Assembly: GCA_002633005.1 (NCBI GenBank)
Contig: NMRA01000013.1
Span: 892,852 to 956,851, forward strand
Length of the DNA: 64,000 bases
Origin: Phoronis australis
Taxonomy: Eukaryota > Animalia > Phoronida
Reading direction: 5' to 3'
Shown: piece after piece, positions 50,583-64,000 of the stretch
Layout of the letters: every line of letters starts with the position of its first letter
How positions within the stretch are numbered: the first letter of the stretch is position 1
Made by a program: the position numbers and the translations under genes
The notes under the pieces: model-generated
Told to the model about the DNA's origin: nothing
Database searches by the model: none
What the model saw: only the letters and a program-made list of their open reading frames with translations

Positions 50583-53500
50583 AGGTTTGTATCAGCTTTG
50601 ATACTTGTATAGTTTATTTTTACTTATTAGGCAAAGTATATACTTTCAACATTTCTTAATGTACCTGTTGCCTTCTGGGAAATGTGTCGGGATACCTCAG
50701 AGAATTGGTCTAAAGCTGTGGTAAAAATTCTTCAATTTGGGACAAAATAATTCCAATTATAATTGTCATATTTGTATTTTTAGAGGCTTACCACATTGTT
50801 GCTAATGCTCCCAATTTTTGCCAAATGCCTTGCATTAGCTACACCATACAAATCATGTTAAAAGCAAAGAAAACTGTGTTGAAAAGTTATGTATGTTTAG
50901 TGTGTGCGTGCCTGTACCTGCCTACATGTGTTTATCCTAAGGAGAGACTGCACTGTAATGATGGAACCTGATCCAGTCAGGGGATTAGTTGATTGTATTG
51001 TGGTGGGGAATCTGCGATTTCATCAATGAGGGATTTACTAAATATTCAGTCTCATTACAGCCATAATATACGTCATTTTTTGCCATAGCGACCATTTATT
51101 GAGGGGATTTGACCCCCTGATCACCCCCCCTTTGTTTTTTGTCATTATTATTTAGTTGCATAAAAATGTTTACCAGGGTCTTTATCTTTCAGAGCCAAAC
51201 TACAACTGCAGCAAGCATTGAAATATTTACCAAAAGTTGCTGTGCAACATCTGTTTCAAAAGATTTTCATTCTTCATCAGAAATAACTCAAAGTTTCCGA
51301 ATTGTTGTTAGTTCTTGCCACTTTGATTGATTACAAAATGTTACGATTTGAAGCAAGACAAGATACTAGGAGTTTTCAGAAGGTCTTGGGGATTGTTTTC
51401 ACAAGCATGTTGAGTTCACTGGCATGTGACTGTCAGTGTTGCTGACAAGTCATCATTTTTTTCCGCGACTATTATTAAAAAATGAAAGTCGATGCAGCTT
51501 TGGTGATTTTTTGTAGCCGAACCAGAGATCATGATTTGTCTTATGCGTCACGTAAACTGTTAAATTTGAATGCTATCCATGTTATTCGCCAAACTGCGGC
51601 CTGTTAAATGAAACGTGACTTTAAAAAGTGCTTTCACCTCACAATTTGTGAGTATTGCTTTGCCAAATAATGATTAGTGTGTCACAGTCTAGAAATAATT
51701 TATAGGAATTATCTCAGTTAAATTACTCTTAGCAGTTGTATATATTCTCAGATACTTAGCAGTTTTCGTCAATAAAGATTTTGCTTGATTTTTGAAACAG
51801 TTGGGTGAATAAACTTGGCTATAAACAGGCAGACCTGTGCTGCGTGTTTGAATTCATCATGTGCTGTATAAACTGGTTATGAGCAAAAACGGCAATTTCC
51901 GACGATGCGCGTACTTTATTGCATATTTCATCTAGTTGTTTCTCGTGATTATTTTCCTGATAAAACTGTTGTCATGCTTAGGATAGAAGTGCCTGAATTA
52001 GTGCCTCTATTGAATTTGACGTAAGTTATATTATGGAGCTCTCTGTATTAAGTAGGCTCACAACATTGTACTGATTGTTGACACAAAAATAGGTTTTGGG
52101 AAGCAATTTCCCACCATGCTGGTTTGCGTTTGAGTATCAAGCTGTGACCAATGCTGGTGTAAGAAGTAGGTAGCTGATACCCGTGTTTTCTGGTTCAAAC
52201 TGCGAAGTATTTTGTGATGCCTACTCTAAAAATATGTGCAAACTCATTATAAGCCAAGTCTGCGGGATATGTAAAACTGTGAACTCCTCATGTGGTGTTG
52301 GATGGAGCAGGTGATACAGTTAGTGTAGTAGCATGGGGAGAAAGTAGTCCGTTCCTTCGTGCACAAAACAGTAGTTTGAACATATTTTAATTACTTTTAC
52401 TATAGGTGAATTTACGCAATCTATTTCCACCAAACATCGACAGCTTCACATCTGACATCTTGCATATTGTTTCCGATGAAATGATTAGATTTTTATGATG
52501 TAATTTAATAAAATTTCAAAGGCAGTCAATTACATGCACTTCTGTACATGTCGTTCGCGGAAAAAAACACAAATGAAATTTCACTTTCCCCCCAATTTTT
52601 TCAAGTTGGTGAGATTTTACAATTAGTTTTTGTATCCATACAGTAAGGTCGCGCGAGTCCGTACTGATTCAGTTTGATTTCCAAATCGAGACGTTCCATA
52701 TTTCCGTTAATCGTACATGATTTCAGTTGAAACCTTCTCAGCACACACACCTCTACCTGAACTATTACATCCATTGTGAAAAGTATTGAACCAGTAACAT
52801 GTAGTGTATTGCAAACATTCTCTAATATCCAGGATGCTACTCAAGGTCGCGAGGGTCACAGCTACTGGAGAAACTTCAAACAGTTGCGACAGCTTTTAAT
52901 ACATTTTAAACGTGATATACAAGATTCTTCAAACTTTTAAAAAATTACACTCGCATAACGTGTTTGTAGCGCCATCTTGCTACAACTTAGATAAGCAAAA
53001 CATCAAATGATGTAACCCCGGCGTCTGCTAACTATCGAAGCCGAGCTGGTACGAAAAGTTCAACTGTACAGTGTACATCAACGGTACCTTATTATGAAAA
53101 TGTCTTCTGACTTTCAGTATGATATGCATCTACTGACAAGTATGTGATGTAATTAGAGAAATGTTGTAATTATGAGGTTGTCACCATGTGGGCTGTGTAA
53201 CAACCACCTTTGTATCTAACAGTAGTGACGTACTTTGTCTGTCAGTCCTGACGTTTATTATCAAAACAGATGGTTTTTACGCTTTGCATTTCCTGATTTT
53301 TTGTACTTTGTCAATCAAACTTGGTGTAAAATGTCAAAACAGCATTTGTTTTTGTATTTTCAATAATGACAGAAAAAAAGTGCTTATACTTCACGTGAGT
53401 GGTGAAAATGCCAGCAGCTTCAATAGCTAAAACGCTAATCAAAACACTTAAGTTTTAGCTTATTACAGATGCGCTGTTCGTGGAGGGGTAATATTTGCTA

Positions 53501-53677
53501 GCAGTTAGTTTCTTCACCACCAGGAAAAGTGATGTCAAAACATGTTCACTCTCAGCCATAAACTGCGATGCCAAACGAAGGCTTTTTACCCCTGTGCATG
53601 TGTGTCCTTTGAAGTGAGCGGTCTGGCTACTAAAGTGTTGGTAGTTTTGGGTTACTCAGACCTCCAGCAAAGCACAA

Positions 53678-53917
53678 GGGGTCTATTTCATGAAAAGTGA
53701 CATAAGACGAGACAAAAAATCGGCCTTACTCTCCCAGTTAACAGTTGCCAAGCAGGTCACTGTCATTAATAATTGATACAAATTTTTTCAGTAATTAACA
53801 GTTATGGGTATATTCTCACGTACATTATTGTTTTGCTTAACTTAAATTATTTTCCAAAAATAGATATGTTGAGCAAATTTCTGTCTTAAGTCGGTCACTT
53901 TTCATGAAACAGACCCC
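53678..53917. mobile_element. Tourist/Harbinger-like MITE
   Basis: TIR GGGGTCTATTTCATGAAAAGTGAC / GTCACTTTTCATGAAACAGACCCC. A related terminus lies at ~59980-59993. Confidence 0.8.
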
Positions 53918-54619
53918 AGTTAAAAGTTATGTAGCGCTTATAACCATTTACATTATTGGCGTTTCTGCTACTAGTGAAAGTGCTTGCACCGTATGTTGAA
54001 ACGCTAGAATTTTTAGTCAGTTTGTGAATGGAGTATCAGTAGGATTAAGATTGTCACAATTAGAAAATAATAATAGCAACCTTCGTCACCAAGCATCAAT
54101 GTACTGCGATTTTACTGTTCTGGCTGTAATTCTGATCTTGATGATGAACTAAATGTGATATGGCAACTGCACTGTAGTGTGTTAACAAGTTTTGTATTTG
54201 ATTGCAAACAGTTTTAATGCTACCCAACATGCCACCTGTGGCTCTGGAGTTCAAGGGTAAGGTGCCGACTACTGATTGAATTACTGCATTCTACTGGTGG
54301 TCCTGATGGCTCACCTGCACGGCTAGCAAAAGGAGCCGGGTCCAAGTCCTGGTTAGGGAAGAAATCTTTTCAGACTTATATTCATAAGGTCACATGGTGT
54401 GGCCACAGGTGACGTGTTGACCAGACTCCAGAAAATGTTTGCGATCTGTATTTTCCGCACACATTAACATAATTTCTGTGCTAAATTTGTTTACAGATTA
54501 CAAGCCTTTTCAAATCACCTTGACAACACACTTGGACAGTACCTCGACGATGCAATGGGCAAGACATTTCTGGAAAAGGTTTGAGTTTGTGATGCTGGAA
54601 CCACGTCATATTTCTTATT

Positions 54620-55025
54620 GATACTATGTATATTGCTGGATTCCATTTAAATGATAAAAATATTGAGAAAAGATACGTTTTGGAACCAAAGAAATTGTAC
54701 CTTGCGTAGAATGTGTGATGGGATTTATGAATACAAATGTGATGAGTGTTACGACAACTACGTCGGAGAGACATGTCACCAGTTATCGACTATGGTTAAG
54801 GATCATTGTAACACCAACCTGAAACCTATTACTGTTGTACAAGAGCATGCCAGAGACTTACATCACCAGATCTCTGATGAAGACTTTAGTATATTGGGTC
54901 TACACCCGCATAAGTAGAGACGCAAGATACGAGATGCTATTGAGATTCAAGTCCATAGAAATAGTCTAAACAAAGACCCAGGACTTTACTTACCTGCGGT
55001 GTATTTAGATTTGTTGCGAGATTCC
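54620..55025 (+). mobile_element. Penelope-like retroelement remnant (GIY-YIG endonuclease domain)
   Basis: Translation GIYEYKCDECYDNYVGET..L...KDH...VQEH...H...DFSIL....*RRKIRDAIEI...LNKDPGLYLPAVYLDLL is the classic PLE GIY-YIG pattern. There is an in-frame stop at 54915. Confidence 0.88.
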
Positions 55026-56200
55026 CCCCGATACTAGCGAATCTCCGAGACTGTTTTTATTGTTTTATTCTACAATGTCAGAGGGCGCACCGGGTGGTGA
55101 AACAAATCCGTGAGATATGGGCGAAATGGCTGTACACATTCTATACAAGATACGGTTGCTTTAGTTCCCAAAGGCATCTTATCAGTTGAATATTTCTTAT
55201 TGATAAACAAGTTAATGTAGTTATTTTCAAGCTCTGTAAATGCACCAATCGGCTTACAGCAATAAGTGTTTTGATTTTGATTTCGTCTGGTGTATGGTAA
55301 AAACTCACCAGTGTAGGTCATAATATGTTGGACAGGTGAAATTTTATTTTGTCATTTTTTCTGCACATGTAAATTATATGCGGGACCAGTTCTGTGCCAT
55401 AGCTACGAACAGACAATATTTCGAAAAAAATTGTGCATTCACAACAATGTTAACAGCGCTTGAGAAATGGAAAAAGTTTCATTTTGACAATTATTTTTGC
55501 TTAATCTAGTGAGATCTCCTGAGATGTTTATTGATTTTGTGGCCGAGTACATTAATTTACGTAGATGAGTGCGTATAATCCGCGTTTTAGCTCCTGGCTG
55601 TCCCTAGAGTTGCGCTAGAATCTCAAGTTCAGACTTGGACTTTGAGTTACATACTCATCTCAAATGATCAAACTTGAAGACACTTATGCATTGCTTTTAC
55701 TTCATAATTTTAGGATTTTTCCTAGGAGCCATTGGCCCCTAAAAATAATTTAGGGGCGCGAGACAGGTCACAAGAAAATGCCACAGACACCACAGGCAAT
55801 CCGTCTTACTAAGATATCTTTGCGAACCATGCAGTACATGCAAAATTAATTATGGCTTTTCCCGTCCCTTGTAAGCGCATTCTGCTGCCCGTTCTTGCCG
55901 CTGGTTAAATATTGGCTCACATAATTATGCACTGTAAATTACTGAGAATGGATTCCTTATGTCTTTATAGTCTACAGTCGCTCAAAAACATTAATAGACT
56001 TACCGGCAATGTGACTGTTGCTGCTTTGTTTTGAGAGCAGACGGATTGGTTCATTGTCATTTTAGAATCATCCACAGTCTGTTATAGCGGCAGTTTGTAG
56101 GCTGTTTTTTCCTACAGGAAGCATCCTCCTCAGTAAAGTCAGTAGTGAAGTAAAATCTTGGTAAATCAGAAGGCCTTTTGAACATTTTTTCGGAATTAGA

Positions 56201-56425
56201 GGAGGCAGTGTGGCCTAGTGTAATAGGTCCCCGCTCTCTTTTCTCGGTTTGAGTCCCACTGGGTCACACTGCTAAAGCCTTAAGCAAGGTCTCTGGCTCT
56301 TCACCTGGGTTTTAACCTTATATTAATAAAGCATAAAAATGGTTCCTGATGATCAGTGCAATGGGCCCACATGCACGGCCTGCGCACGTCGGATACAACG
56401 TGTATCGGACTGCCTACAATTATTT
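56201..56425 (+). mobile_element. Degenerate tRNA-derived SINE
   Basis: A box TGGCCTAGTG and B-box-like GGTTTGAGTCCC, then a CCTTAAGCAAGG core-like segment and an AT-rich tail. Confidence 0.5.
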
Positions 56426-56798
56426 TTTTATATTTTTCGGAATGTCCTAAGCTTAACAAGGTGGAAGTGAATATCACGTTTGTTGGCCAATGAGAAGCGA
56501 AGGAAATGAGTTGTGGCCGAGCTGGGTCACCAAATAGATAAACAGGAAGTTCAAAAGCTGCAATCAAATCGTAGGCTAGTAGAAACAATGTTCTGAAATT
56601 ATATTTGATCGCAAGTCCATTTGTTTAGGCGCTAGTTCAGTATATAACTAACTGAATAACAAAACTTCCAAAATTTCTCGAATCCTCAGGAGTTTGAAAA
56701 CTTCAGTTCATGACATTTCATGACTTTCGTGGTCATAATTAAAGCGCAACCTTTGCCTTTTATGCATTTGATGAGTTTTAAGACTTCTCGCTTTCCAG

Positions 56799-56918
56799 GA
56801 GTATGATAAGGTCCGCAAAGACGTGACCTTCTATGACCTTGAGCCAGCGAAGCTTCTTGACAAGATGGCTGAAAAACTTGGCTACGAGGTGCTTGGCAAG
56901 AAAAGGAGTGCGCTTCAG
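56799..56918 (+). CDS. Internal coding exon resembling the N-terminal region of voltage-gated Ca-channel alpha2/delta subunits
   Basis: Acceptor CTTTCCAG| and donor CAG|GTAGTA bound a 120-nt, phase 0/0 exon. EYDKVRKDVTFYDLEPAKLLDKMAEKLGYEVLGKKRSALQ resembles the CACNA2D exon-3 peptide (Y..Y...V......LV...A.....L..K..AL). Confidence 0.65.
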
Positions 56919-59899
56919 GTAGTATTCAATTTGTTACATACTACGTACTTTGCAAACGGCAGGCAATCATGTAATGGTTTAGTTTTAATTAATATGTTGA
57001 TGGTGAATATTGATATTTAAAGGTCATGTTCAGCTTTCGGACAGAATGTTGTTATACAAGTAATGTTGTGCCCCGAACATGGTTGCAATAACCTGGAAAT
57101 CAATTTTCCTGGAAAACGGTGTGCGCTGTGACCAAAAACTTGTCGAAGCCGATGTTTTTCAAAGTGTGCTAGCATAGTATTTGGAGGAAATCCTGAAAGA
57201 AAAAGCATTTCAAAATCTGTCGGTGAGTCACTGCCGTCAGACAGTCAATGAGCGATATTATTAACTTGGTTAATGTCTTCAGTCATCCGAATCTTAGAAA
57301 GACACATGAAATTTTGTCACGAACTGGAAACAATATTTGACAGCATGACCGATGTTGCGTCCTTGTGCGCAGTACTTAATGCCAGCTGCTGACAATCTCT
57401 TAAAGTGGCATTTTCCTACTCCTGACTAGATATAACCATTCAATGACTGCACAGTTTTGCTTCTCAAGTACTTCTTTGACAGGTAAAAATGGCCAACTTC
57501 AAAGTGTCACAAGATAAAAACAACAAATAATGCAAAAATGACATCGATGTGACCCATTTCTGACCAGTGGAAAACGAGAAATGTTCACACTTTGAGTTAT
57601 TTTACCACTCATTTGTGTGACCTTTGCAAACTTAAATGAAAACATTTGATGAATGTCCTATGGTAACACCTCATTACCTAAACAGCAAGAATTGTTCTCT
57701 TACACGTCATATGTTGGTCACCGCTTGTGACCCATGGTTCAGGTTGAAAAGATCTCTGTCGCGACCAATGCACGAACTCTGAATTTTGTCCAGGTGCTCT
57801 AGTCCACTGTTGATTGTTATCCTATCAGACTTCATATGAGGCTTCTTGCCTGAACTTTTGAGTGGAAATAATGTTTTGTTATCAAACAACGTATTACACC
57901 TTCAAGCTCTGGTTGGGACCGAGATCTCAACTCTTCGCACTGAAGTAATAGGCCATGGGAAGTGACCAGCACATGGTATGTAATAGACTAATAATTCCTA
58001 CTCATACCACGTGAACGCGCTGATTTATAGAGTACATTAATTTGTTAAGCAATCTTCAGCAAATTGTACACTGAACAATCTTCCATTGCCTCCGTTGAAC
58101 AAGTGACCATGACACCAATGACATGTTCTCTCGGGAATCTGCACAGTGCATACATACCATTAGAACTCGTCGTACATTGGACGGTGAATGATTAGTTACT
58201 ATGCATGTGCATATTATTTTTCACGAGATGCACAGCTTTAAGGTAATGCCACTTCTTGGATAGTACACACATCTCATAGTTTTAAGCTGTGAGCTGTAAT
58301 TAAGCTGAAAAGCTTCATTAACAAAAAGCAATTAATTACAGATCAAGAGTATAATGGAAAATATTCTATTACAGGTCTTTTCCTTCCATAGCCTTTAAGC
58401 TTAATTAGCTCTTTATCATAGATGACCAATATTAAAGTCCACAGAATAGAATTCCACCATATGGCTGGCCATATTCAATTCCACCAAAGGACAAAAGGTC
58501 CGTTTCATGAAAGTGACTGTTGGTGGCACTCAACAGTGTTTGCTGATTGTGAGCTTGAAAAACCAAGTCTAAGCAGCTGGGTATACAGAACATAACCTGA
58601 AAGTATGAACAGTATAATGGACCAAAGGCTTCAAAAACCTTGCAGAAAGTCTATTGGAACTGATAACAAAGGCGCAAGCGCAGTCGGCTGCTGAATAATT
58701 GAATAAAGACAACCAAGTCCATTACGGTGTTTTCCCGTTGCTCCCAACTTGTTCGATTCTATAGCCCAACAACAAGTCGGGAAGATCACCCCTGTAGCCA
58801 ATATCTTACACCACTGATTAACTCCATTCTGGCATTTATGGATGGAGGGCTGGCTCTCTTTTGTTCGATAATTGCTCTAATTTCCCATCAGATCCTATCT
58901 AGCCTGACTGGGCTGTGCTGCTAAAAATGAAAGTTAAGTTATAACATATTTGAACATAAACCAATAGCATTTCTGAATTCCTTGTCAAATGCTGATCATG
59001 TTTAGTTTTTGAATCACCAAAATCGCCCAACTACAACAGAAGATAAGACAATCCATTCTGCCAGGTTTCAGTAACCCTTTGAAGCCTGGGAGATAAGTGG
59101 CGTGCTTGTTGTCATACGGGACAAAAGACTGTGCTGGGCAGTTAACAAAGGAGCCAGATGTTATCCCAGGTTCAGGACCCCTCATGTCCGGAAAAGTTGC
59201 TGAACGACAGAACATCGTCATGTCAGCGATTTTCACCACTAAGCCATTTGCATGCGGTTACTACGAACTGAGAGGCAGTGTATTCAGACTGCCAAAATTT
59301 TCCACATTACAGAAATCGGGTGAAAAATGGTGTACTTCAGCCAGATTTTTTACAAATCCAAAGGAAACAATATGGCCGAAAATTTTTTCCTCATTTTTCC
59401 AAGAAAGATACGTGGCACCAAATTAAATGATTTTTTCCTGTTCAGGGTTTGTACCACAACTACCGTCAAGCAAAGCTTTGAAAATTTGTTGGCATTCACA
59501 ACAAGGTTAGAAGTCATTGAAAAAGGAAAAAAGGCATATTTGGCCATTATTTTTATCCGAATTTGGTGAGATTTTATCGTACTTTAATTTCTACTTCTTG
59601 CTCGCAAACAGTAAAGGTGTCAAGGGGTCAACCACTGGCACTCTTTCACATAGAATGGGCTAAATTATCAAGCAAATGCCATTCATAGCCTTCATAAGCA
59701 TCACAAAACTGCAGGCGCCAATTCTTAATGAAGTTGGGGGAGGTAAATTCTGCCGCTGTTCAAAAGACCATCGAGTGCAACCAAGTAAATATTAGCACAT
59801 AGAAATTATTTATAGAAATTATCTTAGTTACTAAGAGTTATGTTTATATTCTCAGAGTCCTGGTACTTTTGCTCAATTGAGGTTTAATTATTTTTCTGA

Positions 59900-59974
59900 G
59901 ACAGTTGTATGGAGTGCCTGTTAGACCAAATCTCTGACAGTTGTATGGAGTGCCTGTTAGACCAAATCCCTGAC
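59900..59974. repeat. 36-bp tandem duplication
   Basis: GACAGTTGTATGGAGTGCCTGTTAGACCAAATC occurs twice (59900, 59936). Confidence 0.95.
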
Positions 59975-60835
59975 TTATCATGAAATAGACCCCTGAATAA
60001 AATTCTTTTACTATTGTAAAGCAAAATAAATCTGCCCGTCTTTGTAAAGAAGGTTGTTTTGTTTGACCAGAACATGGCTTATAGACACTTTAAAATTGAG
60101 AGTAAAATTGTGTTACACGATGTTCTCTATCCATGTATATTTTCCGATCATTTTCTTCTGATAAATATAGTCTAAAACAAGATTTTATGTAATACACTGG
60201 TTTATTGATTTTTGGGAGCAATTACTATTATTTTTTGTTTATTTTTAACATATGTGTTAGATTTAGTCACATTATCAGCGAGAAAAATGTGTTTTTGAGA
60301 CCGGCCACATCACAGACTCAATCGTGGGACCATCGTAGTTGCAGATAAATGCTGTGCTGGTAGAGCTCAATACCACTCGATAAATTGCAAACAAATTTAA
60401 GCATTATTTAACTGAAAGATTCAGAGGGTGTGATTTCAGCAAAGGTTTGCAGACAACCTTGAGAATTGTCAATTTGTGATCAAACCGCAAAAACAAGTTT
60501 ACAGATTTTATCGCTATTTTACTCTAGTTGAAGCTAAGTATTTTAAACTGGCTATCCCATGCGATTCCTTCCCTGCCACAGGTTATTTGATGGAAATGTG
60601 ATAATTATGCCTTGCGTAGGCTTGATACGGAAATTATAGTAATATCCGATGGATCAGATGTGTACGGTAATTCATGTGGTTTTGAAATGATAATTCAAGA
60701 TTGAAATGTCTGTCTGAGACTGGATTGCACTGAACGTAAACTTTGTTTCTGATCATATTCTAATTTTGATTTAAGCTCTACATAAAGTGTCCCATTGATT
60801 GCATTGTAAAGGCAGTATGAGAGGAGGGCTGACAA

Positions 60836-60851
60836 GAGAGAGAGAGAGAGA
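60836..60851. repeat. (AG)n microsatellite
   Basis: AGAGAGAGAGAGAGA. Confidence 0.9.
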
Positions 60852-61453
60852 AAACATTACTTGAATAAAAAATATGAGAAATGAACTAGTGAAATACATC
60901 AGTGTGTTGTCTGCCTGTGTGGGAAACACTTAGCAAAACTAATTTTTGAAAATGCACTTTCTTAGGAAAAACAACTTTTTGTTCTAAGCCACTTGCAGCT
61001 GTAAAAGTCGGTTATCGTTAGGTTCCTTATTTTTGTTCGAATTTGAGGAAACGTTACCCTAATTAAGTTACTTGTCATGATGGTTTAGTTTCAGTGATGG
61101 AAGAGGTTTATCCATCGACGAAATTCCAGACATTTTATTGTTAGTATTTCATTTCAAACAAAAGGTAATAGTGAGCAGACGTTACAATGGAAGGTGAAAC
61201 ATGGAAGTAGAGTTCGTGAAAACAGCCATTTTAGACACCAAAATGTGGCTGATAGCATCTTTAGTGTAAGTGTTTGGGCCTAATACTACATGTGGTGTGA
61301 ATAGCAAATAATTCTATAAAGTTCACTTGAATGGTCTTTCCATTTTGTGTTATAATTTCAGAGATTATTTTTTTTGAAATTTAGTATATTTTTGTAATAA
61401 TCCTTTTATAAAATCTTTGTTTTTTGTCATACAAAAACTATAACAAGGTTTAC

Positions 61454-61920
61454 GTTATGTAGGAACCCAGACAATTGTCCACATTTGTGGCTAACTTTGG
61501 AACATCATGTCTCAGAAATGGCTGATCAGATTGATATGAAACTTTCAGGTAGTATAATGGTTGATACATTGTTCCCCAAAATGCTCATAGTAGGATTTGT
61601 TTTAAAAATGTTCTACTTTTACATGTGGGGCTATTAAAAGAAGGACTTTTATAATTTTCACGAAAAAAAATCTAAAATAGTTGCATAAAACAAAACAAAA
61701 TTATATTTTTGAAAAGTAACTGTAACACAGCGTTATTGGAATCGCATCTTGAACATTTATATCAAATAAAATTTAACCATGTTATTGATACCATTGTTTT
61801 GCTATCAATGTACCTTTCTTGTTTGCTAAAAGACATGGTCACGTAATACAATTTGGGAAAGATTGGTTAAAAAAATCAAATTGTTCAAGGTTTTACTTTG
61901 TTAGTAAGGTCCTGCGTAAC
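61454..61920 (+). mobile_element. ~470-bp non-autonomous DNA-transposon-like element (superfamily unclear)
   Basis: Imperfect TIR GTTATGTAGGAACC / GGTCCTGCGTAAC, with homologs at 22940 and 44487. Confidence 0.6.
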
Positions 61921-62854
61921 CCTTGGCAACAAACTTTGACAACAATTTGAATTCCGGTAAAAATCCTTCACCTTGGGACACAATATGGCAAGATAGGTAG
62001 AATTTCATTTTGTCAAATTTTTCAACAAGAACAACTTTTCAGGAAAATATGCTTTGGTTTAAGAATGATTTGTGTGGTGTACCTATTTGCAGTGATGTGA
62101 TAACCCTTGATAAATGTCAATTTTAGGAATTCTTTTTGTCCCAAGTTGGAGAATATTTATTGTAGGTCATTCACCTCGGGCTGATTCATAGACATCTGAT
62201 GCGTGCAACGATTGTGGGGAAAGTAGTTAGCTACTTGTCTGTAACTCAAGTATTAGTCAATTTTCTCTGTGATTTGTGCGAAAGTCTTTGGTTGAGAGAA
62301 ATCCCTCTGTTGTTCATAAAAAGATGACGATGATAAAAAATGTTTACTTTCAGACAAAAAAGAATACAAAAAGAATACAAGCTAAAAGTGCCATTCTGAA
62401 GCATTTGAAAGGTTTATTTCGTGAACACTGCTGGAAATGCTAAGGGTGTACCATAAGTTATATGTTTACAGCTGTGTGGTATAAACATTGTTAAAACATT
62501 TAACAAAAGGAAAGTTTCCTCCTTTCCTCCATATGGTGGCGGAAAATGATGGACTGAGATAGCTTGCCTTTATTCGGGTCTTCCAACTGAGCTGTAAAAC
62601 GAGTTCATTATGAAACTGAGATCTGTTGTACATACTCTATCATGAGGGATGTGACCTCTTTCGTGGAAAGCAGACATTAGGTATTACTGGCTGCACATGT
62701 ATGTGTTTGTCCGCCTAATGCATGTTAGCGTTTAGACTTTGCAGGAAATTGCATAAAAACCCACTTTGCTGTCTGTCTCCTTGAAGTGGCAGTCAGTGAC
62801 GTTTTGTTGAAGCAGCCATATACCCACCTTCCTTCACAAAATGATTTTTTCATT

Positions 62855-63110
62855 TAGACCAATTACCATTCTGAAATTGGTTTCAAATTGTTTCTTTGTC
62901 AAACTGGAGGTGATATCTGGGCTTGGAAAGAGCTGACATTTCATTATCGCTCGAGATTAGACTCTACAAGTTGGCTTGTCATGGCTCATATTATGCTCCA
63001 AACCTGGTCTCGGGGAATAACCAACATGTCAGCTCTCCGCAAACCTTGAAATCACCTAAAATTTACCGAAGGAACAATCTGAGACCAATTTCGTAATGGT
63101 AAGAGGTCTA
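62855..63110. mobile_element. Foldback MITE (~255 bp)
   Basis: TAGACCAATTACCATTCTGAAATTGGTTTCAAATTGTTTC pairs with GGAACAATCTGAGACCAATTTCGTAATGGTAAGAGGTCTA. The arms continue inward (GGTGAT/ATCACC, GAGCTGACAT/ATGTCAGCTC). Confidence 0.8.
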
Positions 63111-64000
63111 CGTCAAAATTTATTTTATTTTGCGATGCACGATGTGCCACTTTAACTGTAACTTGAGATTTGAACATTATCCCATGATGTCTAAATAACA
63201 TAGAAGTCAATTCACAAGAAGGGAATATGTAACTGCCTAAGTCATGAGGATCAATGCTTCTGAGAATAATTTTATTTTATTTTTAGATCTTACCAATTGA
63301 GGTTAGAATGTGTTGAGCAAGTGAAATTTTATTTTCTCATATTTCATAAAAGATATACAGTACCAAAGTAATGAATTGCCAAGTCAAGCTCTGTACGATA
63401 GCTGCTTATAGAAATTATATTTTGAAAAATTTGGGGTGGTCACAACAGCGTTTAAAACACTTGAAAAATGAAAAATTTATAATTTTCTTTGAAAGTGGCA
63501 AGATTTTACGGTAGATTGAACTTCTAAAAAATGCTATCGGGACGCGATGCTTGGGCATTATAAGTCCAACAAAACCCTGGTCAATAGAGGTGTTCTTGTG
63601 GAGGAATTAAAAATAATTGTTGACTGTACCCACTTAAGTCTTGATTTTCCCATTATGGGATTTGCTTAAGATCAGCACTGTCTCTTCCCCTGTGCATTGC
63701 AGTATGTATTTAGAACCATTGATTTTGCATTAGGAGGATACTTGTGCTTTCTGGACACTATCGATTCCGCAAAATCTGAACATTGACTGTCTCTTACATA
63801 CTGCAATTTACGACTAATCAGCAGTGTAGTGGATAAACTCGTCTTGATTTAACAGATTTTACTTTACGCATGTTTATTTGCTCTAACGTATTAATCATGC
63901 TATTATTATGGTTGCCTATTTATTATACCGTAAGTGGTCCTTGATTGAAGCTTGGTACTGTAGGGTTCTTAATAAGTGCCCTTGGTGTCTGTTCATTCAA

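Overview
This is AT-rich, repeat-dense eukaryotic DNA, most likely from an invertebrate animal (the repeat repertoire resembles lophotrochozoans such as molluscs; inference). It has two assembly gaps, at 26357-27071 and 40111-40237. Only one long intact ORF is present: an intronless, divergent family-1 uracil-DNA glycosylase (UNG, ATG 8993 to stop 9718). It sits in a patchwork of decayed transposon fragments (Harbinger-like, hAT, LINE). Two short spliced exons on the + strand probably belong to a voltage-gated Ca-channel alpha2/delta-like gene with very large introns: a signal-peptide exon at 15868-15950 and an exon at 56799-56918. The rest is mostly transposable elements: self-nested Kolobok-type THAP elements with TTAA target sites, hAT MITEs with 8-bp and 5-bp TSDs, TA-flanked Tc1/mariner-pogo-like elements, a Penelope GIY-YIG remnant, tRNA-derived SINEs, and four Helentron/HINE-like elements. 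The most striking signal is in the HINE-like elements, whose diverged ~145-bp tandem monomers nearly all keep a CTCF-consensus motif. Most ORFs in the supplied track are spurious.
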